This document shows positions 41,575 through 51,035 of a stretch of DNA of 64,000 nt, in pieces. The DNA lies in NCBI GenBank assembly GCA_963691875.1, contig OY829846.1:1408001-1472000 (forward strand), given 5' to 3'. A program made the position numbers and the translations under genes. Origin of the DNA: Aureliella sp. (lineage in GTDB: Bacteria; Planctomycetota; Planctomycetia; Pirellulales; Pirellulaceae). Within the stretch, counting starts at the first letter, position 1. Each line of letters begins with the position of its first letter. The notes beneath the pieces were generated by a model. That model worked only from the letters and a program-made list of their open reading frames with translations, did not search any database and was not told the origin of the DNA.

Positions 41575-42366
41575 ATGGCAAAGCGGAGCTTTGCGGGCAA
41601 ACGCATCGTGCTGACTGGGGCAAGCAGCGGTATCGGATGGCACACAGCTTCGGAGCTGGTACGCCAGGGCGCTTACGTCGTGATGACTTCTCGCCGAGAG
41701 GATCGTCTGCGTGACCTGCGTCTCGCGTTCGGCAACCCGACAAAACGGCTCATCGCAGTTCCTGGCGATATCACCGACGCCGAGCATCGTAAAGCCGTGA
41801 TCAAGACAGCCAAGGAACAATTGGGCGGTATCGACATCCTGATCAACAATGCAGGAGTCGGCGCCATTGGAAACTTTGAGGAATCCAGTTCTGATCGCAT
41901 GCGTAAAGTCTTTGAAGTGGACTTTTTTGCCGCCGCAGAACTGACGCGACTTGCACTGCCACATCTAAAACGCGGAAAACAGGCGGCGGTTTGCATGGTC
42001 AACTCTGTGCTTGGTCATCGCGGCGTACCACAAAAAAGTGAGTACTGCGCGGCCAAGTTTGCTTTACGTGGCTGGGCTGAGGCGCTCCGGATTGAACTGA
42101 GCTCCCGAAACATCGACGTGTTAACAGTTTCTCCAAGCACCACACGTAGTGAGTTCTTTGACTCGCTGGTCGACACGGTTCGCGGTAAGAAGAGTGCTTC
42201 GATCGGTTCGCAGTCGCCCGAAGCGGTGGCTAGCCAAGTGCTTATTGCACTGCGCAAGCGCAAGCGAGATAGAGTGCTATCGGCAGGCGGAAAAGCGTTT
42301 GTGTGGCTCAGTCGTCTCGCGCCGAATTTCACCGACCGACTGTTGATGCGTTATGCGACCGCCTGA
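41575..42366 (+). CDS. Short-chain dehydrogenase/reductase
   Basis: TGASSGIG, NNAG, YCAAK. Confidence 0.92.
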   Translation: MAKRSFAGKRIVLTGASSGIGWHTASELVRQGAYVVMTSRREDRLRDLRLAFGNPTKRLIAVPGDITDAEHRKAVIKTAKEQLGGIDILINNAGVGAIGNFEESSSDRMRKVFEVDFFAAAELTRLALPHLKRGKQAAVCMVNSVLGHRGVPQKSEYCAAKFALRGWAEALRIELSSRNIDVLTVSPSTTRSEFFDSLVDTVRGKKSASIGSQSPEAVASQVLIALRKRKRDRVLSAGGKAFVWLSRLAPNFTDRLLMRYATA

Positions 42367-42402
42367 GCTTAGCCAACAGGCGGGATCACCAGTCTAAATT
42401 GC

Positions 42403-43251
42403 TCAGTCATCGAGAGCTTGGGTGATCTCAATGGCTTTCTTGCCTCGCAAAGCCCCCGCTCTTCCTCGCAGCTTTCCTACGCCTTGAATGTCCACTTCAA
42501 GATCAGCTCTGGAAGATTGTTCAGTCGTCACGATGTCGCCTACTTGCAGGTTCATCAGATCACTCGCACTGATGCTGGATTTGGCCAAGTTCACGCGCAC
42601 CTCCGTCTCGGCCATTTTGACTTGAGTTGGCGGTCCAGCCGACAAGTCTTCGCTGTTCAAGTACTTGCTCAGTATGGCTTGGCAAGCTTTTGCAATTGTT
42701 GCTAGAGGAAAGGCCAGAGTAAGTGTGCCACTCTGAGAATCATCCTGGTGTGACAACTCCATTCGAATAGCAATCATGGCATCGGTTGCAGCAGCGATCT
42801 GAGCCAACTGTGGATTGGTCAAAGAATTGGCCAGCGCGACTTCTTGGACTCCAAATTCGCTCCAGATGCGTCGAAGTTCAATCAAGAAGGCCTCGGAAAC
42901 CTTTTCGAGGACTTTCCATTCGATGGCACTAAGTGGTCGTTCGGGTGTCAGGTCCTGTTGCGGTGCTCCGCCCAAAAGAAGGTTTACCAGTTGATAAGCC
43001 AATTCGGGAGAGTAGTCCAATAGCCATTGTCCGCCCAGTCCCGATGGTTCCAAAATATGCATGCATGTCGGATGCGAACAACTAAACAGGTACTCCGTAA
43101 GTCGCAGTTGCTCAAGCTGTTCCACACGCAGCTTGACGTTTGCAGGGAGAAGATCGGCTAAGATGGTGCTGGCTCGCTGCACAAATTCTTCATGCATCAA
43201 CTGCAGTGCATAGAGCTGCTGCGGGCTTAGCTGTAATTTACGATTGTTCAT
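42403..43251 (-). CDS. fliM: FliM-like flagellar switch protein, divergent and N-terminally short
   Basis: LQLMHEEF, LLLGG, RPLSAIE, TNPQLAQI, SpoA-like DLMNLQVGDIV and GKKAIEI. Confidence 0.75.
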   Translation of the reverse strand: MNNRKLQLSPQQLYALQLMHEEFVQRASTILADLLPANVKLRVEQLEQLRLTEYLFSCSHPTCMHILEPSGLGGQWLLDYSPELAYQLVNLLLGGAPQQDLTPERPLSAIEWKVLEKVSEAFLIELRRIWSEFGVQEVALANSLTNPQLAQIAAATDAMIAIRMELSHQDDSQSGTLTLAFPLATIAKACQAILSKYLNSEDLSAGPPTQVKMAETEVRVNLAKSSISASDLMNLQVGDIVTTEQSSRADLEVDIQGVGKLRGRAGALRGKKAIEITQALDD

Positions 43252-43274
43252 GGCGATCCGTGCTTTCGCAGTTT

Positions 43275-44561
43275 CTACTCTCGAGTTTGTCCGTTACCGA
43301 CCACAAGGTATTTGTAGGTTGTCAATTCCTGTAACCCGCACGGGCCACGAGCGTGAAACTTATCGGTGCTGATTCCTATTTCTGCGCCTAACCCAAATTC
43401 CCCGCCATCGTTGAAGCGGGTACTTGCATTGACAATAACTGCACTGGAGTCGACTTGCCCGCAAAAAGCCTGAATAGAAGTGACGTCCTGGCTGACGATT
43501 GCATCGGTGTGATGCGAACCGTATTGGTTGATGTGAGCGACAGCTTCGTCCAAGCTCTCGACGACTTTGATGCTGATTTTTGGCCCAAGATACTCCGTGC
43601 CCCAATCAGCGTCCGTGGCTGGAGTCGCGTCCGGTAAGACGTCGCAAGTACGTACATCGCCAACGATCGCCACGTCGTGTTCTGCGAATCCTGCTGCGAT
43701 TCTGGGCAAGAGCTCTGTAGCTCGTGCGTGATGAATCAAGAGACTCTCACAGGCATTGCAAACGCCCATCCGCTGGCACTTCGAATTGAACACGATGTCT
43801 ACTGCCATCTGCGCATCGGCATGTACATCGACATAAACGTGGCAGTTCCCATCGTAGTGCTTGATGACAGGCATCGTGGCATCGCGTGCGACACGTTCAA
43901 TCAAACCTTTGCCGCCGCGAGGAATGGCTACGTCAATCGAGTCGCTCAGCGACAGAAAAAGCCCAACTGCTTCACGATCCGTTGTATTCACCAATTGAAT
44001 CGCATCTGCAGGGATACCGAACTCAGCCGTTTGTGCTCTGAGGATGTCAACAATTGCTTTCGAGGAATGGGCTGCTTCTTTTCCGCCACGTAAGATTACC
44101 GCGTTGCCGCTCTTCACACATATTGCCGCCGCGTCCGCCGTAACGTTGGGCCTCGACTCGTAGATGAAGAAGACGGAACCGAGCGGGACGCGGACTTTGC
44201 GGATCTCTAATCCGTTCGGGCGTATGCCACCAGAAATCGTTTCTCCGATGGGATCAGGCAGAGTTGCAATCTCGCGTAATGCGCTGGCAATTCCCTGGAT
44301 TCGACTTTCGTTTAGTACAAGACGGTCAATCTGAGCATCGGAAAGGCCGTATTGCGGCGCCGCTTCAATGTCGAACGCATTGGCTTCGATGATCGCTGAT
44401 TGCTCGTCGAGCAAAGCTGCTGCGGATGCTTCCAGCCAAGCATTCTTGGCCCTCGTTCCAATGGTCGATAACTCACGAGAGGCTCGCTTAGCCAACTGGG
44501 CAGTCTCAACACAATATTCGTGAAGTTGCTTAGTTTGATTTTCGTCTTCGATGGTGCTCAC
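43275..44561 (-). CDS. proA: Glutamate-5-semialdehyde dehydrogenase
   Basis: [50 protein letters not shown]. Confidence 0.97.
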   Translation of the reverse strand: MSTIEDENQTKQLHEYCVETAQLAKRASRELSTIGTRAKNAWLEASAAALLDEQSAIIEANAFDIEAAPQYGLSDAQIDRLVLNESRIQGIASALREIATLPDPIGETISGGIRPNGLEIRKVRVPLGSVFFIYESRPNVTADAAAICVKSGNAVILRGGKEAAHSSKAIVDILRAQTAEFGIPADAIQLVNTTDREAVGLFLSLSDSIDVAIPRGGKGLIERVARDATMPVIKHYDGNCHVYVDVHADAQMAVDIVFNSKCQRMGVCNACESLLIHHARATELLPRIAAGFAEHDVAIVGDVRTCDVLPDATPATDADWGTEYLGPKISIKVVESLDEAVAHINQYGSHHTDAIVSQDVTSIQAFCGQVDSSAVIVNASTRFNDGGEFGLGAEIGISTDKFHARGPCGLQELTTYKYLVVGNGQTRE

Positions 44562-44624
44562 GGATCATCTCTCGCGAAGGCAGACTTTGGGCTGCTTCTA
44601 TTTGATATTTATTGGGACGGCCGA

Positions 44625-45227
44625 TTATCCGTTATCCATGCAATCGCGGTCAACGGCAGGATTTTTCCCAGTCCCGCCGTTTTCATTGGCAACCGTCGGG
44701 TAGCTCGTCAGCTTGCTGTTTCGGGAGAAAGAGGCTTGCTGCTTGGTTGAGTCTTTTCGGTAGGGTGCACTTCCAAGGACGCGAGTAGCCCGGTCAGAGA
44801 GCATGCCAGAGCGATTTAACCTGGCAAACAGAGTTGCCCCTAGAACAGGGTATTCGCGCACCACCAGACCAACGCGGGCAAAGTCAGGAAAAACGGGGCA
44901 AATAAACTGTTCCGAACTGAGCCAGTGCGAAGAACATTCAAAACAGCAATGCCGCGTGCTAGGGTGCTGAGCAAGATAAGCCACCAAAGGGGGACTTTCA
45001 AACTCGCAAACGAAATCTGCGCTCGATCGCCAGCAACGGGATGCGCCATTTTTCCCCGGCAGGAAGAGCATGTCCTCGTTACTGCTTGGTGATAACTTGG
45101 CTGCCGCTTCGTCGACAATCGAGTCCAGAGCCTTGATGTGGCACCAGATCGAGCAAAAGTTGATCTGCGTGATCAATGTGAGTGTCAGAAAGGCAAAGGT
45201 CAGGATCCCCCGACGCGAGTGAGACAT
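44625..45227 (-). CDS. Hypothetical protein
   Basis: 200-aa ORF with an N-terminal hydrophobic segment and an upstream GGAG; no recognised family. Confidence 0.45.
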   Translation of the reverse strand: MSHSRRGILTFAFLTLTLITQINFCSIWCHIKALDSIVDEAAAKLSPSSNEDMLFLPGKNGASRCWRSSADFVCEFESPPLVAYLAQHPSTRHCCFECSSHWLSSEQFICPVFPDFARVGLVVREYPVLGATLFARLNRSGMLSDRATRVLGSAPYRKDSTKQQASFSRNSKLTSYPTVANENGGTGKNPAVDRDCMDNG

Positions 45228-45444
45228 TCTCCAACCTTCTTACTTGCAACTACCATCAAAAACAACACTCCATTGCCCCTGTAATAGAACGTGGCTGCAA
45301 ATAAGCTAATCTCGCCCCATAGAAATCCGAGATGAATCGCAATGATGTCGGATTAGGGCCGATTCTAGGGAGTAACAAGAACAAGACTGCAAGAAAAGAG
45401 CCTATCTCGCCAAGGACGACTAAAGGATCGCCGGATCCGATGGT

Positions 45445-46518
45445 TCATTTAGTCGCTAGAACCGCCTCAAGAGCCTCGAGACTTTGGTCGTTGCTGCGTT
45501 GCGATGGAGTGCTCATTCCGCCTAGTAGAAGATGTGCTCGTGCTGTTCGAGTAGAACTGAATCGCTCGACGAGCTTTCCAGATGCATCGTAAATTCTACC
45601 GCGCTGCAACTCGCATCTTCCTTGGCTTCCGACAATCTCGACTTGCTCAATTGGACTAGAAAATTGGGGAGCTAAGCGGCAATGACTGTTTACGACGGCA
45701 TCTGAAAAATGCCAGCAAGCTCGGCTATCCAAACTGCAATCACCGTATTCTACATGAGATTGAATTCTTCCTTCATTCGGTCTATCACCGAACAACTCGC
45801 AAGCAAGTTCCATCAGTGCCGCTCGGTGCCGTAGCGTGCCATCACCCGCAAGCGAAGGCTCTGCGCGCCAAGCTGCCGCCGGGCGTTTCATCGCAAGTCT
45901 TCCAGGGGAAACACTGTACGATCTTGCATTTATCGCTAGCACTTCACCAATCGCTCCATCGCTAATCGCGGCGAGCGTCTCCGCGTGTCGGATGGTTAGT
46001 TCTTGACGGTTTCCAACACGAAGCTTAGGCGAGGTTCGCCTAACAATTTCGAGCAATTGCGAAAAAGTCTTGGGGCAAACCGCCAGAGGTTGTTCGGAGT
46101 AGACAGCCGTTCCCGCCTCCAGCGCGGTGCCAATCATCGAGGCACGTAGACCATAAGGTACGGCGATAATGACCCAATCGAGGCCGAGTTTCAATAGTTC
46201 GCGATATGCCTCTTGCCCCAGAAAACGTGCGTTGTTTTCGACACAAAACGCATCGGGGTGACGTCCCTTTAGAGAGCGAGATGCTTGTTGCATCTGGCTC
46301 TTCGAAGAATCAGCCAACGCTACCAAGCTCACCAGGCCGGCTTCCATCGCTGCCGCCGTCAACTGCAAGCCACTAGTTCCGCAGCCAATCAGACCCAGCT
46401 TTTGAGGCCTAATCACGGACGCGGCGCCGGCCGTTGCCGGCAGGGCGGAAGCAATGAGAAGCGACGATCCACGGATAAAACCGCGGCGGTTCTCGTTAAG
46501 GGGCTTACTCTGACTCAT
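45445..46518 (-). CDS. Gfo/Idh/MocA oxidoreductase-like protein with Tat signal, divergent
   Basis: NRRGFI, LGLIGCG, LVALAD, and EQPLA in place of the usual EKP. Confidence 0.75.
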   Translation of the reverse strand: MSQSKPLNENRRGFIRGSSLLIASALPATAGAASVIRPQKLGLIGCGTSGLQLTAAAMEAGLVSLVALADSSKSQMQQASRSLKGRHPDAFCVENNARFLGQEAYRELLKLGLDWVIIAVPYGLRASMIGTALEAGTAVYSEQPLAVCPKTFSQLLEIVRRTSPKLRVGNRQELTIRHAETLAAISDGAIGEVLAINARSYSVSPGRLAMKRPAAAWRAEPSLAGDGTLRHRAALMELACELFGDRPNEGRIQSHVEYGDCSLDSRACWHFSDAVVNSHCRLAPQFSSPIEQVEIVGSQGRCELQRGRIYDASGKLVERFSSTRTARAHLLLGGMSTPSQRSNDQSLEALEAVLATK

Positions 46519-47157
46519 ACCGATGCAACAAAGCTCCGGCTAGGAGAATCGAGGAAAAAAAGAGAACGCACAAAGCTGATTCAGTTGTGGAACGGGGGTA
46601 TTCCACGATCGAAAAGTCTAAGTATGTCGTTGTCGTCGGCGAAATCAACTTTGTGCGTGCGAAGCGGGAGGGGGGAATACGGCAGAAGGGAAAATCTAAG
46701 GTCTAAAGAAGTATGAAATTTGCCTAAGGGATCTGGATCTTACCCTCACTACTTCGCCTGCCGCGGCTTGTACTGAAAGTACCCCTTATCAACGGCGATC
46801 GTAGAGACCTCAGCCGCCAACAACAGTATCTAAAATACCCTTAAACATAGGTTTTACAAGAGCGATTTCATCGCTTCCAGCAATTTATGAGGCCTTTAGG
46901 GACGTGGATTGGTAATTATCCGTCTTTTGTGTACGTTGACAGCGCTTTAGGCTACCTGCGTTGCCTGGGCACTCCTGGGGTAGCTAAGATGCTCCCTCCT
47001 ACATGATTGAAGGAGGGCCAGCAAAAAGTCTCTTTGTGAATCAAAATGGAGCAAAAATCGAATTCCGTCGACTTGAGCGCCATTTCACTAAGAGCAGGCA
47101 CCGCTGAGTAACATTAGTCGATGACGTATCTCCCAAGTGTAAGAAATATCTGCAACG

Positions 47158-47932
47158 GTGCATAAACTCGGATTGCTCTCTCTGATCTTCTGCTGTCAGC
47201 AACAAATTGCGGCTCAAGATGGCCAACCGCAGCGAAAGCTCGTTCTTGCTGGGGGCGGAAGCTTAACGGATTCTATCATTCGCAAGTTCCGAGAGCTGTC
47301 CGGGGGACAACCACGACTAGCCGTGATTCCCACCGCCTCGAGCACAAACCCAAATAACCTCGAAATTTCGAATTTGTGGCAGGAGCGAGGCTTCGAATAA
47401 GTCGAGGTGCTACATACTTCAGAAAGATCTCAGGCGAACATGGCCGAATTCTCCGCCGTCCTGAATCAAGCGACGGCCGTCTGGTTGGGGGCGGTTCCCA
47501 AACTCGCATTGCAGATGCTTACTGTGCCACTCTGGTGGAAACGCAATTGTTCGCACTTCTCAAGCGAGGCGGGGTTATCGGTGGGACTTCGGCCGGCGCT
47601 GCAATTCAAAGCAAAGTGATGATTGCGGGCGGAAGAACTCAGCCGCAGCTGAAAACAGGGCTTGATTTTTGCACGAGTCCATCATTGATCAGCACTTTCT
47701 GGCTCGTAACCGACTGCGTCGATCCATTAGTGCGGTCAAGCAGCAGCCACAGAAGATCGGGATTGGCATCGACGAAGGCACAGCTCTTGTCGTGGTCGAC
47801 AACGCTGCAGAAGTTATCGGTCGCTCATACGTCTCGCGAATTGAGTAACAAGAATCCGGCTTGGATATTCGCAGCTACGGAAGCGGAGAAAGAATACCGC
47901 TTGCAACGAATTCAGACGGCAAGGACGGTTAA
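47158..47932 (+). pseudogene. Secreted cyanophycinase (peptidase S51) pseudogene
   Basis: LVLAGGG, VIPTAS, GGSQ.R, GGTSAGA, IIDQHF..RNR and GIGIDEGTAL spread over three frames; TAA stops at 47398-47400 and 47846-47848. Confidence 0.88.
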
Positions 47933-48245
47933 CACAGATCGAATTCCGTCCCTGCTCGCAATGAAGCCCTTTACGGTGAGATATCCAATAAAGCCGATTT
48001 TTGCAAACTACGACGATACTCTTCAGATGCAGCGCGTGAGTCATCAAACCACGCTTTTGGGGCGGACGCGTTTTAGAAGAACATCGCCGTCTAACAGTCC
48101 TTTTTCGTTCTAACTGGAACCAGGCTGCTCAGTTCTCTCTGGTTTTGTAACGCGTCGAAAGCAAGTTTTCGCAAACAACAGTTTCTCTCCGACCAAGCCA
48201 GTCAATCAGACTAACCTGAACGGCCGGTCCAAAGTGAAAACGGAT

Positions 48246-48260
48246 TGGCATGATGAATGC
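48246..48260 (+). promoter_or_regulatory. Candidate sigma54 (-24/-12) promoter upstream of csrA
   Basis: TGGCATG-ATGA-ATGC has the exact GG-N10-GC spacing. Confidence 0.5.
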
Positions 48261-48417
48261 CGTCATTACGCTGCGACGATAACTTCAGCATCGGGAGAAG
48301 AAGATCATCACCTGTTTACCACACAGGCACTGACGACTTCGACCGTACCAAAGCAGATTTCAACGGATTGAGCATTACACACGAACACACATAAGTCGTG
48401 AAGAAGGAGCGAGTCCA

Positions 48418-48642
48418 ATGCTGGTGCTGTCGCGACATCGAGACGAGAGCATCATGATCGGAGATGACGTGGTCATTACCATCGTTGATATTCGTGGTGA
48501 CAAAGTAAGACTGGGTATTGAGGCACCTCAAGACATTCCAGTTCACCGTCAAGAAGTTTACGAAGCGATCAAAAGAGAGAATCAAAAGGCTGGACAAGTT
48601 CAGCCTGGTGAGACTCGATCGCTTGGAAATCGACGAAGATAG
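48418..48642 (+). CDS. csrA: Carbon storage regulator CsrA
   Basis: [40 protein letters not shown]. Confidence 0.97.
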   Translation: MLVLSRHRDESIMIGDDVVITIVDIRGDKVRLGIEAPQDIPVHRQEVYEAIKRENQKAGQVQPGETRSLGNRRR

Positions 48643-48671
48643 AAACCGATCCTGGTGAAAAGAATAGCAAC

Positions 48672-48709
48672 AAATGGAGACGGGAGCAGAAGCACTCGTC
48701 TCCATTTTT
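48672..48709 (+). terminator. Terminator-like hairpin after csrA
   Basis: AAATGGAGACG...CGTCTCCATTT followed by further T residues. Confidence 0.7.
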
Positions 48710-48758
48710 CGTAACCCATCTACGTAACATCCATAGAACATTCCATAGCCCTCCCGCC

Positions 48759-49994
48759 ATGCAAAGCACACCTTTTCTAACAGACGCAATCTTCACCCTT
48801 GACCAAGCATCGAAGATGGTTGGTGATATTCGCGCTACCTTGGGATTCGTCAAAACGGCTGGTGGGCTCACCACCGAGCAGTTGCACAAGAAACAGCTGC
48901 GAATCGATAGCTACTTACAAGCCCTTCAAGAGCTAGTGAAAGTCACTGAATTTGATCTTCAAGGCAAATCCGGTTCTCTCTGGAGCGGTTGCCTCGAAAT
49001 AGAACACAGCGCGGCATCTGTCGCAGCCATCGTGGATTGCCAAGTGAGCGAAGTAGAATTGGTGGATGGCGCAGCAAAAACGATCGTAATCGACATCGAA
49101 CAAAAAGCCCAACCTGCTGAGCTACTCATCCCCGAGGCTGCCTATGGTGCGGTGCTCGGCGGAGATATCGTCTTCGAAGTTTACGGAAATCGTGGACATG
49201 AAACTTTTGGTTTCGAAGCCGGTTCGAGTACCAAGCAAATCTGTGCAATGATCAATCTGTTTTCCATCGATACTGGGGTAGACGCAAAAATCACTCCTGC
49301 CGGACTTCGGCTCCGCAGCTTAGATTACGGCTCGACGGCTTACGCTGAATTCTCGATTGTCTCAGAGCACGCTGCCGGAAAGTTGTCTGAGTCTTCCAAT
49401 CAAGATCGCGTCTACGGAAAGGATGCGTTTGCTTCGATCAATGGTATCCCAGCGTTGGCTGAAGCAAGTAGGCTGAGCGTTCAAACCACAAAACTTGCCT
49501 TGCAAGTCCAGTTGCAACAGGACTTCGAAGGGACCGCTCAATTCACCATCTCGGGAGGTGGCGTCCGGCTGGCCTCTGAATTCGCCTCAAGAAAAGACAC
49601 TCGCCTTGGCCTAATTTCGCTGCTGCCGTCGAAGCTCGGCGGCCCCAGCGGTCGACTCTACGAAACCGGCAGTGGGCAACAGCACGCACTTACAGAATCT
49701 CCAAATCATGCTTTCAATATCGCCACAGAAGCAGAAGCTCGAATCGAATTGCTGCGTGAGCATTTGAAGATACTGAAGGAGCGAGAGTTGGATGCATTGC
49801 GAGAGCTCTGCAATCCAGCTCCAATAGGATCGCAGCAAGTCACGACGCGAAGGTCATTTCCGAACTACGACCTGAGTTCACAAAAACACGAGGCAACGCC
49901 AAAACCAAAACTCTTTCCACAGATTCTTGTGCAAAGCGGCGCGTCGGTACTTGATTTCCCTGAGGCAGATGCGGATTTCTTCACGCGTCGCTAG
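48759..49994 (+). CDS. Divergent flagellin paralogue lacking the N-terminal D0/export region
   Basis: DIRA...GLTTEQ...QLRIDS (ND1 helix), planctomycete-type core INLFSIDTGV.A, SLDYGS, ASING, FTISGGG, KLGGPSGRLYE, and C-terminal QILVQSGASVL. Confidence 0.75.
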   Translation: MQSTPFLTDAIFTLDQASKMVGDIRATLGFVKTAGGLTTEQLHKKQLRIDSYLQALQELVKVTEFDLQGKSGSLWSGCLEIEHSAASVAAIVDCQVSEVELVDGAAKTIVIDIEQKAQPAELLIPEAAYGAVLGGDIVFEVYGNRGHETFGFEAGSSTKQICAMINLFSIDTGVDAKITPAGLRLRSLDYGSTAYAEFSIVSEHAAGKLSESSNQDRVYGKDAFASINGIPALAEASRLSVQTTKLALQVQLQQDFEGTAQFTISGGGVRLASEFASRKDTRLGLISLLPSKLGGPSGRLYETGSGQQHALTESPNHAFNIATEAEARIELLREHLKILKERELDALRELCNPAPIGSQQVTTRRSFPNYDLSSQKHEATPKPKLFPQILVQSGASVLDFPEADADFFTRR

Positions 49995-50107
49995 GCTCTC
50001 AGTATTGTTTCGAGCGGCTTGTGCCTCGTTGCTATCGGGTTCTATTTTTTGTCGCTCGTTTTGGATCGTCAACGCCACGAATGACCGTGCAATCGGCGAT
50101 TATCAAC

Positions 50108-51001
50108 TCAGCTTTCTTGCCTGCCAAGCTTGGCTTCGTGATGAGATTGAGGAATCTCGCGCACATCGACGGCGTCAATTACACCGCCATCTGCCGGATG
50201 CGATCCCTCTTGATCTGCTTCGTATCCCCTCCCCTGCCCCGGCCAAGCTTGATGGAACCAAGGTGCATTCGGGCGACCTTGAGCAGGTTGAGCCTGCTGT
50301 GCTGACTGGCGCATCGCCTCGCGAAAACGCACTTGGAGAAGCTCGAGCGTTCCAGAAACGAAAACGAAAATTGCGAGTATAAAGAGTGGGAAAATTGAAA
50401 AGTAGATGGCAGCGATGATGAACACGAGCGACATCCAGCGACCAACTCTTGCCGCGACCTCAGTGGCTCTCAGGTAACTCGTATTCATTGCCAGGAGGCC
50501 ACGCAAAACACGCCCACCATCCATTGGAAAGGCTGGAAGCAAGTTGAAGCCAAACAGAAGGCAATTTGCCACAATCCATTGGGTGAAGATATCCGCTCCG
50601 CCTGGATAAGTTGGCGCACTTATGCCTGGCTTGATACCGACTTGCAACAGCAGAAATAGAGCGAGCGCAATCACTAAATTGATGACTGGCCCGGCGAGAG
50701 CAATCACTAGCTCTTGCATCGGTGACTCGGGCAACCTCTTGAGCCGAGCCACTCCGCCGACTGGTAGCAAGGTGATGTCGGCGGTTTCAATACCACATCG
50801 TCGAGCCGCGGCAGCGTGGCCAAACTCATGGGCTACAATCGCAGCAAAAATCCCTCCGAGGAACAGAGCCGCGACCGCCGCTGGACCTACGCCAGTTCCA
50901 GGACCTGAACCTCCTAGGATTGGAAAAATGTAGACGACGGCGAGGATCCAAAACGACCAATGGATGTAGACGCCAATGCCACGGACGGATGCGATTTTCA
51001 T
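50108..51001 (-). CDS. Site-2 protease (M50)
   Basis: HEFGH, LLPVGGVA, IALAGP..N, FNLLPAFPMDGGR. Confidence 0.93.
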   Translation of the reverse strand: MKIASVRGIGVYIHWSFWILAVVYIFPILGGSGPGTGVGPAAVAALFLGGIFAAIVAHEFGHAAAARRCGIETADITLLPVGGVARLKRLPESPMQELVIALAGPVINLVIALALFLLLQVGIKPGISAPTYPGGADIFTQWIVANCLLFGFNLLPAFPMDGGRVLRGLLAMNTSYLRATEVAARVGRWMSLVFIIAAIYFSIFPLFILAIFVFVSGTLELLQVRFREAMRQSAQQAQPAQGRPNAPWFHQAWPGQGRGYEADQEGSHPADGGVIDAVDVREIPQSHHEAKLGRQES

Positions 51002-51035
51002 TTTTCTAACTGCGGTCTGAGCTCAACATCGCGGC

